In this document: in pieces, positions 1 through 12,566 of the stretch
How the letters are laid out: each line of letters opens with the position of its first letter
Numbering within the stretch: the first letter of the stretch is position 1
NCBI GenBank assembly: GCA_028534125.1
Contig: CM052818.1
Span: 32,304,001 to 32,368,000 of the forward strand
Origin: Lama glama
Taxonomy: Eukaryota
Length of the DNA stretch: 64,000 nt
Direction of reading: 5' to 3'
The notes under the pieces: generated by a model
The model's input: only the letters and a program-made list of their open reading frames with translations
Databases searched by the model: none
Told to the model about the DNA's origin: nothing
Position numbers and translations under genes: made by a program

Positions 1-1889
1 GAGCATGGAGCACAGGTGATGTGCGTGGACTCTACACACAGAACCAGATGTGCTGCTAATGTGGACAGCTGACACACGGACAAAATCAGAGTGTGCCATG
101 GGATGGGGGAGAGGGAAGTTCTGCCTGTCTGTCATTATTCAGGCCAGTTCTTTCCTGAAAATTCTGTTTAAATTTCTTCATACAGAAGGCCCATGAACTG
201 AGCAGCCCTCTCAGCTCTGTGCAGGCTCTGCAGATGAGTAACAGGGCAATCAGTCATGGGTGGGCTTGACTTCAGAGGTGTTGGTCATCTGTCAGGCTGA
301 GGCCCCTGAGCCTAACAGGGACCTCATGTTTACTAAAGGCAATCTTGAGAATGGGCTGGGAGCAGTTCAGCTCATAGCCTCAGAGATTCTCATTCCACCT
401 CAAATCCTAAGGAGTCAGTGCAAAGCGGTTCTGGGCAGAAGGAATGGAGCGTGGAGAGGTGTGGGAGAGGGGCTTCAGGAGGTCAGAATTCCCGGGGAAA
501 ACTGGGGACGACACAGGGTGGTGGATTTGGTAGAATGAAGCGTTCGTTCCTTCAGCCTTTTCTTTTTAAGGTGCCATGGCCTTCCCTGAATTGCATCCCC
601 AGGGAATAGAAGGGGGTGACTTGTCCCAAGGTCATGCTCATCAGTGATAGGGATGGAGAAATGTCACTCTGGGCCTTGTTGGCTCTGCAATTATTCAAAT
701 GCTTTGCTTATAATACAATCACAGCTCTCAGCTCTGATTATTGGCATCATCAACAACATCTATTAATGGATTTCAAGCTCCTCTGGGTACGGGGCGTTGT
801 ACCAGATGCTGAACAGTGCCAAATAGAGATTCAGAAAATGAAAGGCAGAAAAGAGCAGAAAGTGGACCAAACCAGGCATCATTCTGGGTATCAAGATCTA
901 AATCAGCCTGAATCCATTCCTGTGAGCTAATCTTAAAGGGCCAGAGCCTCCCAAATTTCAGAAGGGTATTTAATTATTCCAGAGTCTTCTTATCATTCCT
1001 GTCTCCATTATTTTCAGCTGCCTACTTTTAACTAGACATATTTAAACTTCTATTAGTTTTCCTTTATCCCTTTTGTTAAATAAACTGTCTCTTTATCACC
1101 TCTCAGCCTCTCCCAGTGTGGCTGTCTGCAGGGAGAGAACTAGCAGAAATCTAACAGTTGAAACAAAATAAATAGGTGAAGGAGAGCTTGCCTCCAAATT
1201 GGCCAGAGCTTGCTGTGTTCGCACAGTGGCACCTTGCTACCTGGCATTTCTACTTGATGGCACCTTAGGAACTCAGCACAAAGTAAAGAGACACGCTTTG
1301 CTGAAAATGCCTGTCACCCCGGCATGAAGCGTGCTCAACCCACTGCAGAGCTCTGAACATCTGCTCTGCCTCCTTTCGTGCATGTGCTTTTAAGCTGATG
1401 GTGGGAGACAGCCTGCCAGAAGCGTCTGAGTTTCCACTGAAGACATATTGTAGGTTAGAAGGCAGACGGCATTGTTGTATTGAAAACCTGTTCATCAGAG
1501 TTTCGAAAAGGAATAGATATGAAAGGTTCAAATTAACCCTTCAGGGTTTCTCCATCTAACCAGGCCTTAAGCTCTGTGTCTCATTAATCTTTAATGAACA
1601 ACGAAGAAAATGTGTCGCTGGCTAATTATTGTGTAGGGTGGCAGATGCTGTGCAAGGAGAAGTCCCCAGAGTCACATCATTTAAAGGGACACTGTCAAAA
1701 AGAAAGTCTTATTTTGAAGCAGACTCCCTGACCTGTAACATTATCCATTCCTTGTTAAACGTGAATTACGCTTCTCTCTCGACATTTTTGCCATTGTCTA
1801 GGTCTCAAGGATTTGAACTTTAAAAGTCTGGAGCAATCAGGTGATGGAAACTGGAAGGACTTACGTGCTGCTTCTCGTGTCATGATGCC

Positions 1890-2130
1890 TGCTTGGAATG
1901 TCTTTCCCTGCCTCTACTTCCTTCAAATTCTTCTTAGTTAATCTTGTCCTTATGCTGAGCTAGGCTCTCCCTTACTTTGAATTTTGTTAGTACTTAAGCA
2001 GTCTCAACATATGAATTCTGGAATATAAGTTCCTTTAGGGCAGGAACTATGTATCATCATCCAAATCCAGTACCTACCACGTGCCTGGTACATAATATGC
2101 TCAGTAAGTGTTTGTTGAATTCAGTGAAAT
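1890..2130 (+). mobile_element. LINE-2 3' end fragment
   Basis: Typical L2 tail: gtgcctggtacataatatgctcagtaagtgtttgttgaat. Confidence 0.65.
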
Positions 2131-2544
2131 TGCTTGTTTGTGCCTTGGGGTTATCTGTTTCTTACTCCATACTACCTCCTTAGTCTTCACAACTGAAAAA
2201 TTTCTTAAGGGTAGGACTGCTGTCTTATTCTTCCTTTGCCGTAGTGCTAAAACATTTGCTACAGATTTGTGTCACAGGGTCTCCACGTGTTGGATGGTCA
2301 TGTTAATTGTTGTTCAAAGTCAGTTTTTTATACCAACCCAGCATGAGCTATAAAGTGTCCTTTTGGAGTAAATAGCTATATGCTGTTTATATAAGATGAA
2401 ACTAGGCTAATCTGAGTAGATTTCTTTTTATAGATAATTTTATTTTTAGATTTAAATGCAAGGATCTCAATGGTATATTTTTAGGATTCTGTTTACATCA
2501 AGAGTCAATCAGAAAATTCTTTGAGTTTAAAAATATTAACCCCA

Positions 2545-3480
2545 GTTAAATTCTAAACAAGTTGCTGAAGAAATGGTTTTGGAACTTTCAGAAAAGAAGG
2601 TGGTGATTCCAAGAGTCACCACAGGCTCACCTAAAACAAGTCCTGGAAAACAGCTTCTTCAGCAAGGATGTGAGATTAGTAAGATAAGAGTCTTGACTTA
2701 AGCAACCTATATGACAGTGTTTCCCTTAGTATTCTGCTAGATGGGTCAGCAGCAAATTGAACCCTTGTACCAAAAGAGGCATAGTGAATGAGCCCTGTCC
2801 ATCTGGAAGGTGTCTCTAAGAGAAATGAGAAAGGGCTCTGCCTTGACCTTTGACTCTGCCATGTTTTTAACGAGTTGGTGGCAGAGAAGGAATCAATATT
2901 TTTTCAGACCTATGACATTGTGGCCACAGTGTTAGAAGCTATATGTTCATTATCTCATTTCATAGGAGGACTGGTCTACTGATGACACCAAGCTTGGAGA
3001 CTTATTAGTAGAGTTAATACTACAGATGACAGATTCTCAATCCTGGAAACCATGCCAGTTAAAATTTGCTGCAGGGAATGTGATGGCCCTGCACTCAGGT
3101 TCAAAACAATATGCTGCTTTGATCCACAACCTATAGGATGTGGAAAATCTGGTTTGGAAACAGTTTGTGGGAAGAGGATTAGGGGTCACCTAGAGAGGGG
3201 TGAGGTGGGGCAGGGATTCTAATTAATCATAAGGTAACATAAAGCCGCAGGGTCCAGCAGCTGCCTGAGAAGACAATGCCCTAAGGGGCTGCAGCTGCAG
3301 AACCAAATCCCCGGGAGGGAATTTGGACCAGCATCCCCTGCATGGACCAAACCAGTGCACGGCACTGCCATCTTCCTTGTACCCGGGAGCTGAAAGGAGC
3401 TTCAGGAGTCATCTAGCTGTATTTTTGCTGACAAATTTTGAGGCAACAACCTTAAAATATGTCCAGAGAATGACCACATC
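2545..3480 (+). mobile_element. L3/CR1 LINE ORF2 (RT region) degenerate remnant, interrupted by a short MIR-like piece
   Basis: CR1-like blocks in the expected order: ggctcacctaaaacaagtcc, aagggctctgccttgacc, gatgacaccaagcttgga, ggccctgcactcaggttcaaaacaa, gaggattaggggtc. Confidence 0.6.
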
Positions 3481-3529
3481 GAGCCAAGTAGCAAATACCA
3501 AAACAATAGAAATCTATTGTAAGATACAT

Positions 3530-3720
3530 TTTCAAAGCACTCTCCTATTCATTCACCATCTAATAATTGTCCACTCCCATAATCCTGTGAGGGAGTCAAT
3601 AAAATAGAGGAACCATGAGCAGAGAGGTGGAGTGACTTGCCCAAAGCCCCCTAGCCAGTGAAAAAGCTAGGTCTCGAGCAAGGATCTCCAGACTCTCAAC
3701 ACAGTGCTCCTCCTCAGCGC
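3530..3720 (-). mobile_element. MIR SINE
   Basis: Reverse MIR core: gcagagaggtggagtgacttgcccaaag...ccagtg. Confidence 0.65.
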
Positions 3721-6619
3721 CTTGCTGCCTCTCCAGGTTAGCTCCTGGCCCAGTTGGCCCTCCCCTGGCACCTGCTCCTTGCATGGTCTGGCGCAGAGCA
3801 GCTGCATAACAGGCAAGGGTCAGTTGCACCCCTGACTTTCAGTGGAGCTTGAGCCGGAGTTCACTGGTGAATAGGTCTGCCAGGTTTTTACTCAACACTT
3901 CTCTGCCAAGCCCGCCCTCCCTTCCTTCTAGGATCTCTTGTGAAGCGAGGGATGTAAAACACAACCAAATGTGAACCTGTGGTTCCCTGCCAGCCCGGCC
4001 CTCGGAGCTGCCCCTACTCCCAGAAACAATATCCTGATTATCATTCATTATTTCTACTTCTTAGTATTAAAGCCCTTTTACTATGGCATTGGAGACCATT
4101 GGGGAGTTTTAAATTTCATGTCAAATCAGGATTTATGGGCCAGTTCTGAAATTTTACCTCTGGGCTCGATAATTGCAATTCCCTTTTAATCGCTTTCTTA
4201 GACACCTCTGTTAAAAGACTTCAGTTATTTCCACACAGTGGCCCCTGGGATGGGGCCGATCTGAATACTCAACTTGTGTCACCTCCCTTTGGAAGGAGGC
4301 TGCATGGGAGGCTTCAGCCATGGGTCCAGTTTGAAGATACTGGCTCTAACAAGCAGCCCCACCAAGGAACCTGGTGATTCTTGGGAATCTCCCCTTGCAA
4401 GGAGTTGTGAGTTTGGGGATCATGTCCCCATCCACCCCTGCCCTCCCATTCCCCAATAGGAAGCAAGAAATTAATGGGATAGGATGGGCATGTTCCACCA
4501 TGCTTGTTGTGAAAGCTGTACAATTCTGGAAACATGCAAATGATATTGGGATCCTTCCATGGGAAATAGAATAAAGGAATATGATTCAAAGATTCAAGTG
4601 GAAGGGTCAGGGAGGGGAGAGATCCTTGTGGTCTTTGGAGGAAAGTAAAAGCAGGTGCTATCTGAGGGGGTGTGCTGTGTATTGGAAAAGGACCCCCACC
4701 ACCAAGGGCATGAGGATCCTGGGGCAGCAGCAGCCTGCAGAGGGCAGCCATGTCACAGAGAGGAGAGAAGAGCTGGAGTGATAGCCAGCCCTTACCCTCT
4801 TCTCAAAGACCCAGCTGGACCAACGTGTAGTGAAGGGGCTAAGACAGAATGCTGGGGGCAGGAGTCACTAAAGGAGCCACCTCCGACGTGTAATTAGTGC
4901 TTTATAACTGGTGACAGCAATTTGTATGGGAGAAATGCGTAAGTCTATATCCAGAGGCACCAGTTACTGAAAGAAGGTTTTAAGTGTGGGTCACAACTAC
5001 TTCTTCTGCTTAACAGTGGGCTGGGTGAGGGACAGAGATCAGACTGGGAAAAGGGGAATTCACCAAAGAGGCTTGGGAGAAAGAGAGAAAAACCAGGACT
5101 CGGAGCCTCATAAGCTGATGCTCCAAGTCCTGACCTTGGGTAAAGGCAGCCAAGAGAGAAAGAGACTCTCCAGTCTTGGTGAGGAGGTACCCCAGGCCCT
5201 CTGGTTAGCCGCCATTCATGGGCTACGTAGGGCTTGCCTGCACTGGTGGGCACAGCCTGTTAGAAAGCGATTAGCGGACTGGACCAAAGCAACAGGAGTC
5301 TTCATCACTTGAGTGTTGATCTTCTAACATGACAGTGGACTGAGGTGCATCTCCAAACAGTGCAGTCACCCCACGGGCAAAATGATTCATTGGGGGTACT
5401 ATTAACATAGTAATACATAACATGACAGATCTATTGCTTATTTTAAAATAAGATACTAAATTTTACTAATACTGATATCAGATCAGCAGGAATATGTATG
5501 CATGCTCAGAAGACTTTTAAAATAAAAGAAAATAAGTAATAAAAATTTTTAAATTAGATGATGTACTTGATACTAAAGGATTCAGTGACATATGATTTTA
5601 TTCAACATGGGACTTTAGCCCCTGGCCCATCCCAGGCACATACCCACAAACCAGAAACATACACAGAGCCGAGTCGTAGGTGAGGACCAAAGGGCCCAGT
5701 TACCTTTACTCAGTTCAGTAAGAGGCCACGAGGATTAGGTGCCAGACACTGGCCCTAGGATCCTAGCGTTTGTGCTTTTTTTTTAATCCAAAAAACTTGA
5801 TTCCATTTCCTTCTGCTTTTCTTGCCTCAATTTTCTCGTCTGTAAAACAGGAAGAGTTGTGTATTATCCCTGTCCTCTAAGAATTGATGTTTATTTTCAT
5901 CCATGTAAAAATGCCAGGGAAGGAGGAGGCTCCCAACTCAGATTTGCCCCAGCCACCCCCACCCCAACACACACACCCCTCTCATGCCCCTGCCAAGGGA
6001 TGGCTCTAGAAACAGGAGAACATCATTTGCGTGGCTCCGCACATACCAGTGACAGGCAGACAACATGGTAGCCAGTCCCCACCACCGAGGCCCTTCCTGT
6101 TTCTGGAGTCTCTGGGGGACGGATAGGACAGCACCAGCTGGTAATCACAAGACCAAGCTCTGGCACTTCCTAGCTAGTCCTCTGAGCAAGCCCTGTAACC
6201 CTTTACTCCACACTGTGTGACAAAATGGATAAGAGCATCCTGTCCCAGGGTAGGGGGTGTAAGAATCAGATGAGAAGGGATATGAGGAGGCATGGAGCCC
6301 CTTACAGGGAGCCAGTGTGCTGGGGCAGAGGTCCCACCGCTGTCCCAAGGAGCACTCACCCTGTGAACTTGAGTATTCTGGGCTGGGGGTCCATCTTCAC
6401 CCTAAGTCCATCTCAGGTTTAAATCTCCTGATACACATAGTAAGTAAGTTCTGTGCTCTGCCCATAGTGGGTCCTCAGGAAAGTACTCTACCCTGGTTGT
6501 CTCTGGGATACCTCTCAGCCCAGAAGTTGTGGGATTTCTGAGTGTCTGAGGCCAGCCGCCCCCATCTCCTGCAGCAGCCCAGGCTGCACCCTGCGTCTGT
6601 GGGAAGCCAGGGCCTAGAG

Positions 6620-6825
6620 AGACAGCCGTGGACTTGACGTTTGACAGGCCTGAGTTTGAATCTCACCTTACTAAATATTGCTTACTAAATCGAGAGCAAG
6701 ATAATTCACCTTCTGGATCTCAGTTTCCTCATCTGTACAATGGGGCAGCAACTTCTACCTCTCACAGCCCCTAAGAGGATTCAATGAAATAACTGTGAAG
6801 AGTTCTTTCACAGCGTCTGGCATAG
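6620..6825 (+). mobile_element. MIR SINE
   Basis: MIR core ctcagtttcctcatctgtacaatgggg, followed by gaggattcaatgaaataa. Confidence 0.75.
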
Positions 6826-8454
6826 CATTTTTGTCCAAGGAGTCATAGCATTATGACAATTATGATAATCTAATAGCAGTATAACAATTATTACCATCAT
6901 TGCTTGGATGACATCACTGGCAAGTTTCCAAAGCCAGAGATGCTAGCACCACAGATCCCGTCCACATCTTTCAGGATCCACCCACAGCAGTGCCTGCCTC
7001 TCAGTCCCTACTCTGGGAGTGTAAAGAGCCAGAGATGAGTGTCTACCACCTGCTTGGTGCAGAGGCCACCTGCAGGGCTCAGGGCTTGAATCAAAGGCTC
7101 AGAGCTGTTTTGAATGATGTCTCTGAACCTGCTACAAGCTGTCGACAGAGCTTTGGAACCACTCACAGAGCTCACAATAGCCAGGAGCCCTGAGCTGGAC
7201 TTCATCTTCCCAGGCTTTGTCACTGTCCACTCCTGCCGTCCTTTGTCCTTTGAGGATTCCTTAGACTGGGGAGAAGAGGGCTCTGCTTGCCCTCTGGGCT
7301 CCACGAGAAACATGCCAAACAACTGGATAGGCTCCAGCTTTCACAATCTGTCAGCACAAGGCTCAGCAAAGGGACGAGTGTTACAACCTCATCCCCAGGA
7401 GTCAGTTTTTATTGACTCTTTGGAAGTCTCTGCTTGGTTTGGTTTTAACAAAACTGCATTGCAGGCTTCCCAGTGGCTATGCTGACACTTATAGGACAGT
7501 GGATATCCGGACAGCCCTTTCTAAGACACTTTGCATACATCTCTTGGGAGGCAGGTAAAGAAGGATGGGCTTTTCCTGTCTTACAGGTGATTGTTCCCCA
7601 AGCCCTTATTGATTAAATATACCACTGAAGGACTGGACCAGCCAAAAACGGGGAGCCTGCTCTTTCCAGAAAGTTGCAGCTTCCAGTATATAGGGCCAGG
7701 GCCAGTGTCAAGAGATTCTGTGTTCAAGGCTTTCTTATTGTAAATATCCAAAGCCCAGGATGAATTAGGTAGGAGACAGGAGGAAAGCCTGGCCTCACGC
7801 CTGGGGGCTCCTGCCCACCCCAACTCCAGCCCCAGTCTTTCTGGCGCCCCATGTGCTCTGCTTCTAGTGCAGGCCCAGCATCCCTTAAAAGTTCCAGGTC
7901 ACTGTTTTGAGCTGACCCTTTAATGTCAGGTGAAAATTGGTGGTGGAAATTTTAGGCCAGAAATTGGCTCCCAGGCGAACATACCATTAGCACAATCTCA
8001 GGGCCTCTTGAGCAGTTCTGTCTGCTGTGTTCTGGAAAGCTCCCATGTGGCTGACACACAAGAATCCTGAAGTTCAAATTCCATTAGTTTCCTCAAGCAT
8101 GGCTTAAAGGTATGAGCATCACCCAGGCGAATCTAATGGGCCCATGATTCCTGGGTTATTAGCAAGCACTTTCTAGTATCGTTCTACAGTGGGGCCTCCC
8201 CGAAGGTGAAGGTGATATTATCCATCTGGGAGGCAGAGGTAAATGTGTAGGAAAATGTCCAGTGCTCTTTCTGACCCCAAGGAAAATGGGGCTCCTCTGA
8301 GAGAAACAAGTTGTTTTCTCAGTAGCCTGTGAGCTGCCGGTCCACGATGGGGGTTGTCACACAGAAAGGTGATGCCATTCATCATCCATAGTTGGTAAAA
8401 AATATTTTAAAGTTTGTTTCTCCACTTAGTGGGGATGGTTTTGAATTATCCACC

Positions 8455-8916
8455 TCTGTTTGTTTGCCAGGGCTACCATAACAAAGTACAGACTGTAACA
8501 CACTGGGTGACTTAAACAACAAACCTTTGTTGTCTCACAGTTGTGGAAGTCCAAGCTCGGGGTGCCTGCAGGGTTGGTTCCCTCTGAGGGCTGAGAGGGA
8601 GAAGCTGCTCCACCTCTCCCTCTCTCCTGGCTCCCGGGGGTTTGTTGGTGGTCTCTGGTGTTCCTTGGCTTGTAGATGCATCACCCCAAACCTCTGCCTG
8701 CATCCTCAGGTTGTGGTTTCCCTGTGCACCTGTCCCTGTGTCCACACTTCCGCTTATTACAGCAGCTTAGCCATGTTGGATTCGGGCCCACCCCATGATC
8801 TCGTGTTAACTTGATTACCTTTTTAAAGACTGCTTCCAAATGAGGTCCCATTCTGAGGCACTGGGGGCTAGGGCTTCAGCATATCTTTTTGTGGGGACAC
8901 AATTCAACACAAAACA
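8455..8916 (-). mobile_element. ERVL-MaLR solo LTR (MLT1C-like), full length
   Basis: Runs from gtttgccagggctaccataacaaagtac to ggggacacaattcaacacaaaaca. Flanked by a perfect 5-bp TSD, CCACC (8450-8454 and 8917-8921). Confidence 0.9.
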
Positions 8917-10127
8917 CCACCCTTTCTGCACATCCCTTCTAGGACCAGAGTAGACCAGCCTAATAGTAACAAATACCACTTCCTCCAAGAAGCTTTTCTA
9001 AAAACTCCTCAGGGGGAGTCAGGCACGCCTTGCCCTGATCCCCTAGCCCAGTCACCCAGTCCAACCTTGGAGTTGGATTCTTGAAGGACACCAAGTTGAA
9101 TCTTGATCAACAAAGAACAGCCCAGCAGAGAAAAAGTAGAAAAGTAGATTCGGGGCACAGGGAATCCCCTAAGCACGTGCATAGTGGGTAGAGAAGAGCC
9201 CTGGCGTATGTGGGGAACCAGAGGCGGGTCTTGAGGGGCATTGAAGAGCGTGGTCATGTTGGAGTTTTAAAGGAATTAGTCCAGACATAAGGGAGCCCTC
9301 CTCTGCAGAACAGAGGTGATAGTTCAGGCCTCAGTCCTTCTCTGCCACGTGTGAGGATTAGACGTGGTGTTTCCCAAGATTCATGCCAGATTTACATCTT
9401 TCAACCCACAGTAACTTCATCACCCACTGTCCTTGCCACAGTAAGTATGGGTGCTGAAGCAGGGCCACTGAGCCTCTCTGGGCCAAGGGGCTTGGGATAT
9501 GATCCATCAGTGCCTCTGGCAGTTGCCTCCACATCCCTGGCTGGCCACCCAGCAGAAGGGCAGTACAGGAGCAGAGTGTGAAATGGGGGATCATCTGGCT
9601 GTCCTGACCCCACCCAGCCAGGCCCCTCCATTAGTAGATAGCTGACCACTGTCCCAGCCCCAAAATTTGCTTATAAATTTGCTTACAGGTCTGCAGTTTA
9701 TGGCCAGGTCTTCTCAACTGTATAAAGTTTCAGCACAGTGGCTTGACTTGGCCAGAGATTTATGCCTGAAATGGAGCCCCTGGGTTTAGGTGTCAGCGTT
9801 TTGCTTGGCACAGAGGCTTGAGTCCGTACTGAACCAATCGATACATTAACGCATTAAATGGCATTTAGGCTGGCTCTTCAGGGAACAGACGGGCAACTGG
9901 CTGTCATTTGAGCACCAGCAAGAAGGATGGCTTCCAGGCCTGGGAACTCCTGGATGCTGAGGCGGGGGTACGAGGTGAAAGCCCCGACCCCAGCCCCACA
10001 CGGGGCTCAGGGCTCAAGCAGGAGGCAGATGCGGCTGGAGGAGGCACCTCCAGAAAACGGACACATTTCAGTTTCCACGTTGTCTTTATCTTTCTTGATC
10101 TGGCCCTGGGGAGGATGTAGTTTTAAA

Positions 10128-10170
10128 ACATACATACACATACACATACATACACACACACACACAAACA
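10128..10170. repeat. Compound (TACA/CA)n microsatellite
   Basis: acatacatacacatacacatacatacacacacacacacaaaca. Confidence 0.85.
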
Positions 10171-11817
10171 AGAGAACTAACTGCATTGTATTGGCTTCAA
10201 AGAAAGGATTGTGTTTGAAAAGAACAGATGGTGCTAAAAAGTTGTTGGAAAGAGGACAGAATTAGGAAACCAAGTTCCAGATTCCCACTGGCTGCTGGTG
10301 GGTGATGTGCCCAAATCTCCTTACAGAAGACGTTCCAAAGGCAAAATGATCACCTGGGACTCTAATCAGAGAAAATCCACCACCTCCCTGCCAGAGAAAC
10401 TGACAGATCTGTGCAATGGGGAACCTGCTGGGATCCCCTCTTGTGCACCTTTCTGTAATTTTAAGTGATTTCTGGAATGACAGTGCCACCCAAACTCTCT
10501 CTCTTCTCACTTCCCCTGCCCAGAATCCAGCTGGGTCCCTCCACATAGCCCCCTGATGAGGGGTGTTCATCAAATGCCGTAGGAGGTAGTGTCTTCCGTG
10601 GGACCTGACCCAAAATCCAGACAAATGGAAGGCAGAAATTCAGGATTCTCAGGCTTGCTACTCTTGATAAGAAGTTTTCTCTTACTTGATATTTTGCCTA
10701 AATAATCTGTGCTCCTGCCTTTAAAAAGAAGAAAAACACCAGTGAATCCTCTGTGTGTTTTTTTAATACAAACTAGCACAAAGAAAAAGTGCTTTTAGAC
10801 AATCAGCCTTGCTGGAGAATCAACCTACATCCTGAAACATTTTAACTTGAAATTTCTAAACATGCTAATTCACTAGTCTGTTGCCGTAGGGCCAAGACCT
10901 TTGCTTCTAGGGTGAGTCTGTTGATTGGGAGTTCTGTGTTGCCTTTCTGTATAAATCACATTCATGACACTGTGATACCACATCCACGATTTTCCATTTC
11001 AGTTTCTCTAAAATGGGAATACTTAAAGAACCCTTGTGAACTTATCTGAAGGTTTGGGGAATTTTCAAGATTTTTTTCCCCTGATCTTTTCTATTGCCCC
11101 ATTCACATCTAATCAAAGAGCAGTTTTTTTTTCTTGTCTTTACAAAGTAATTCCAATTTTTCTTGCTCATGTTGCATCAACGTAATGAGTACAATAGCCA
11201 TAAACAGACTTGGGGATGAGCTAAACTGACTCTCAGGAGGTGTCTAACTCATCTGATAGGACTGGAAGGTATAGGAGCACTAGGGAGTAACCTTGAACTT
11301 TCAGTAACCCTAAACATTCATAGGGCATAGGGTGTTCCATTGAATATAAAATGTAGGGGTGATGCTAAGGCAGCAAGCAAATTGGGCACATGGAAGTCAT
11401 TTAAGACCACTTCTTCTACTAGTATTTTTTCCTACAACTGTGGCTATAAGCAATCTACTACTCTCCACCCCACCCACAGTGATTGAGGGGTGAGGTCTGC
11501 AGAGGTTGACTCTCAATCTCCTCTTCCTGGCCTGCTATATAAAAGGGGGGAAGAAATCTCAGCCAGGGCCAGGGTGGTTGTCTGCCTCCCACAATCCCAT
11601 GTGTTCCAACCTGGTTTTGATGATGTGGAACTTGAGTAGAGAAGGAATAAGATAGCCTGAGGCAACACTAGGGAGAAGCCAAAATATTTCTTGGATACAG
11701 CCTTTTCTGAGTGCTGGTATTCTTCAAATACTAGCTACCCCTGACCCACTAAAAAGCTCTTCTAAAAAAAAACCTAGTTATTTAGGTTTATTAATATAAA
11801 TGTGAACCAATGTGCAA

Positions 11818-12000
11818 CATAGTAGAAAGTGCAGTGGTTTTGAAGATAAATAGTCTTGGGTTCATATCGCCTCTTACCATTTCCTACATGGGCAAGTTTA
11901 TAAGCTCTCTGAGCCTCAATTTTCTCTCTTGTAAAATGGGGATGATAATATTTGTCTCATGCATTTATTGTGAAAATTAAATAAGATGAAGTAATATAGC
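11818..12000 (+). mobile_element. MIR SINE
   Basis: gggcaagtttataagctctctgagcctcaattttctctcttgtaaaatgggga. Confidence 0.75.
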
Positions 12001-12040
12001 TGCCTTAAATCCTCTCTGGAATGAGGCAGAACACAAATAA

Positions 12041-12042
<2 letters not shown>

Positions 12043-12076
<34 letters not shown>
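12043..12076. repeat. (AC)17 microsatellite
   Basis: Perfect AC repeat read directly. Confidence 0.97.
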
Positions 12077-12081
<5 letters not shown>

Positions 12082-12334
12082 AATAAATGAAATGTGTATC
12101 CAGTGCCTGGGACAACATTCCCTGGGATATCTGCATTTGTGCACTCGTCTCTTCAGCTCCATGTGGGAGATTGGAAGGAATCTCAAAAGTCTTGCTATTC
12201 TGGGGTGGAAGGCTCTCCCCAAATCCCTGAAATGCCATCACACACAGTCATTCCTATTTCACCTTCTTGTGAGATCATTCCATGTCAGGTCATCTGCCAT
12301 TGTGGGTGTAGGAGAGAAAAGAAACACCAACGTA

Positions 12335-12566
12335 ACAGTAACACTACTAGCTAATGCTTACTGTCAGCTAAGTACTTCATGTCTTAACCCTCATGGTCTT
12401 CACCACACCCCTGTAAGGCTCTGTTTTTATCCCCACTTCTTAATGATGGAACTTGAGCACAGAGAGTTTAGGTAGGTTGCTGGCCAGGGATCACAGCCAG
12501 TAAGAGGCAGAATTGAGATTATAAAACACGAAGTCTACCTCCAAAATTTGCACTCTTAATCAATAC
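12335..12566 (-). mobile_element. MIR SINE
   Basis: Reverse MIR: atccccac...gagcacagagagtttaggtagg...cacagccagtaagaggcagaa. Confidence 0.7.

Noticed and set aside
5350..5585. Possible old DNA transposon (also 24534-24838, ending cagtttgagaaccactg)
   Set aside because: Suggestive only; I could not assign a family or both ends.
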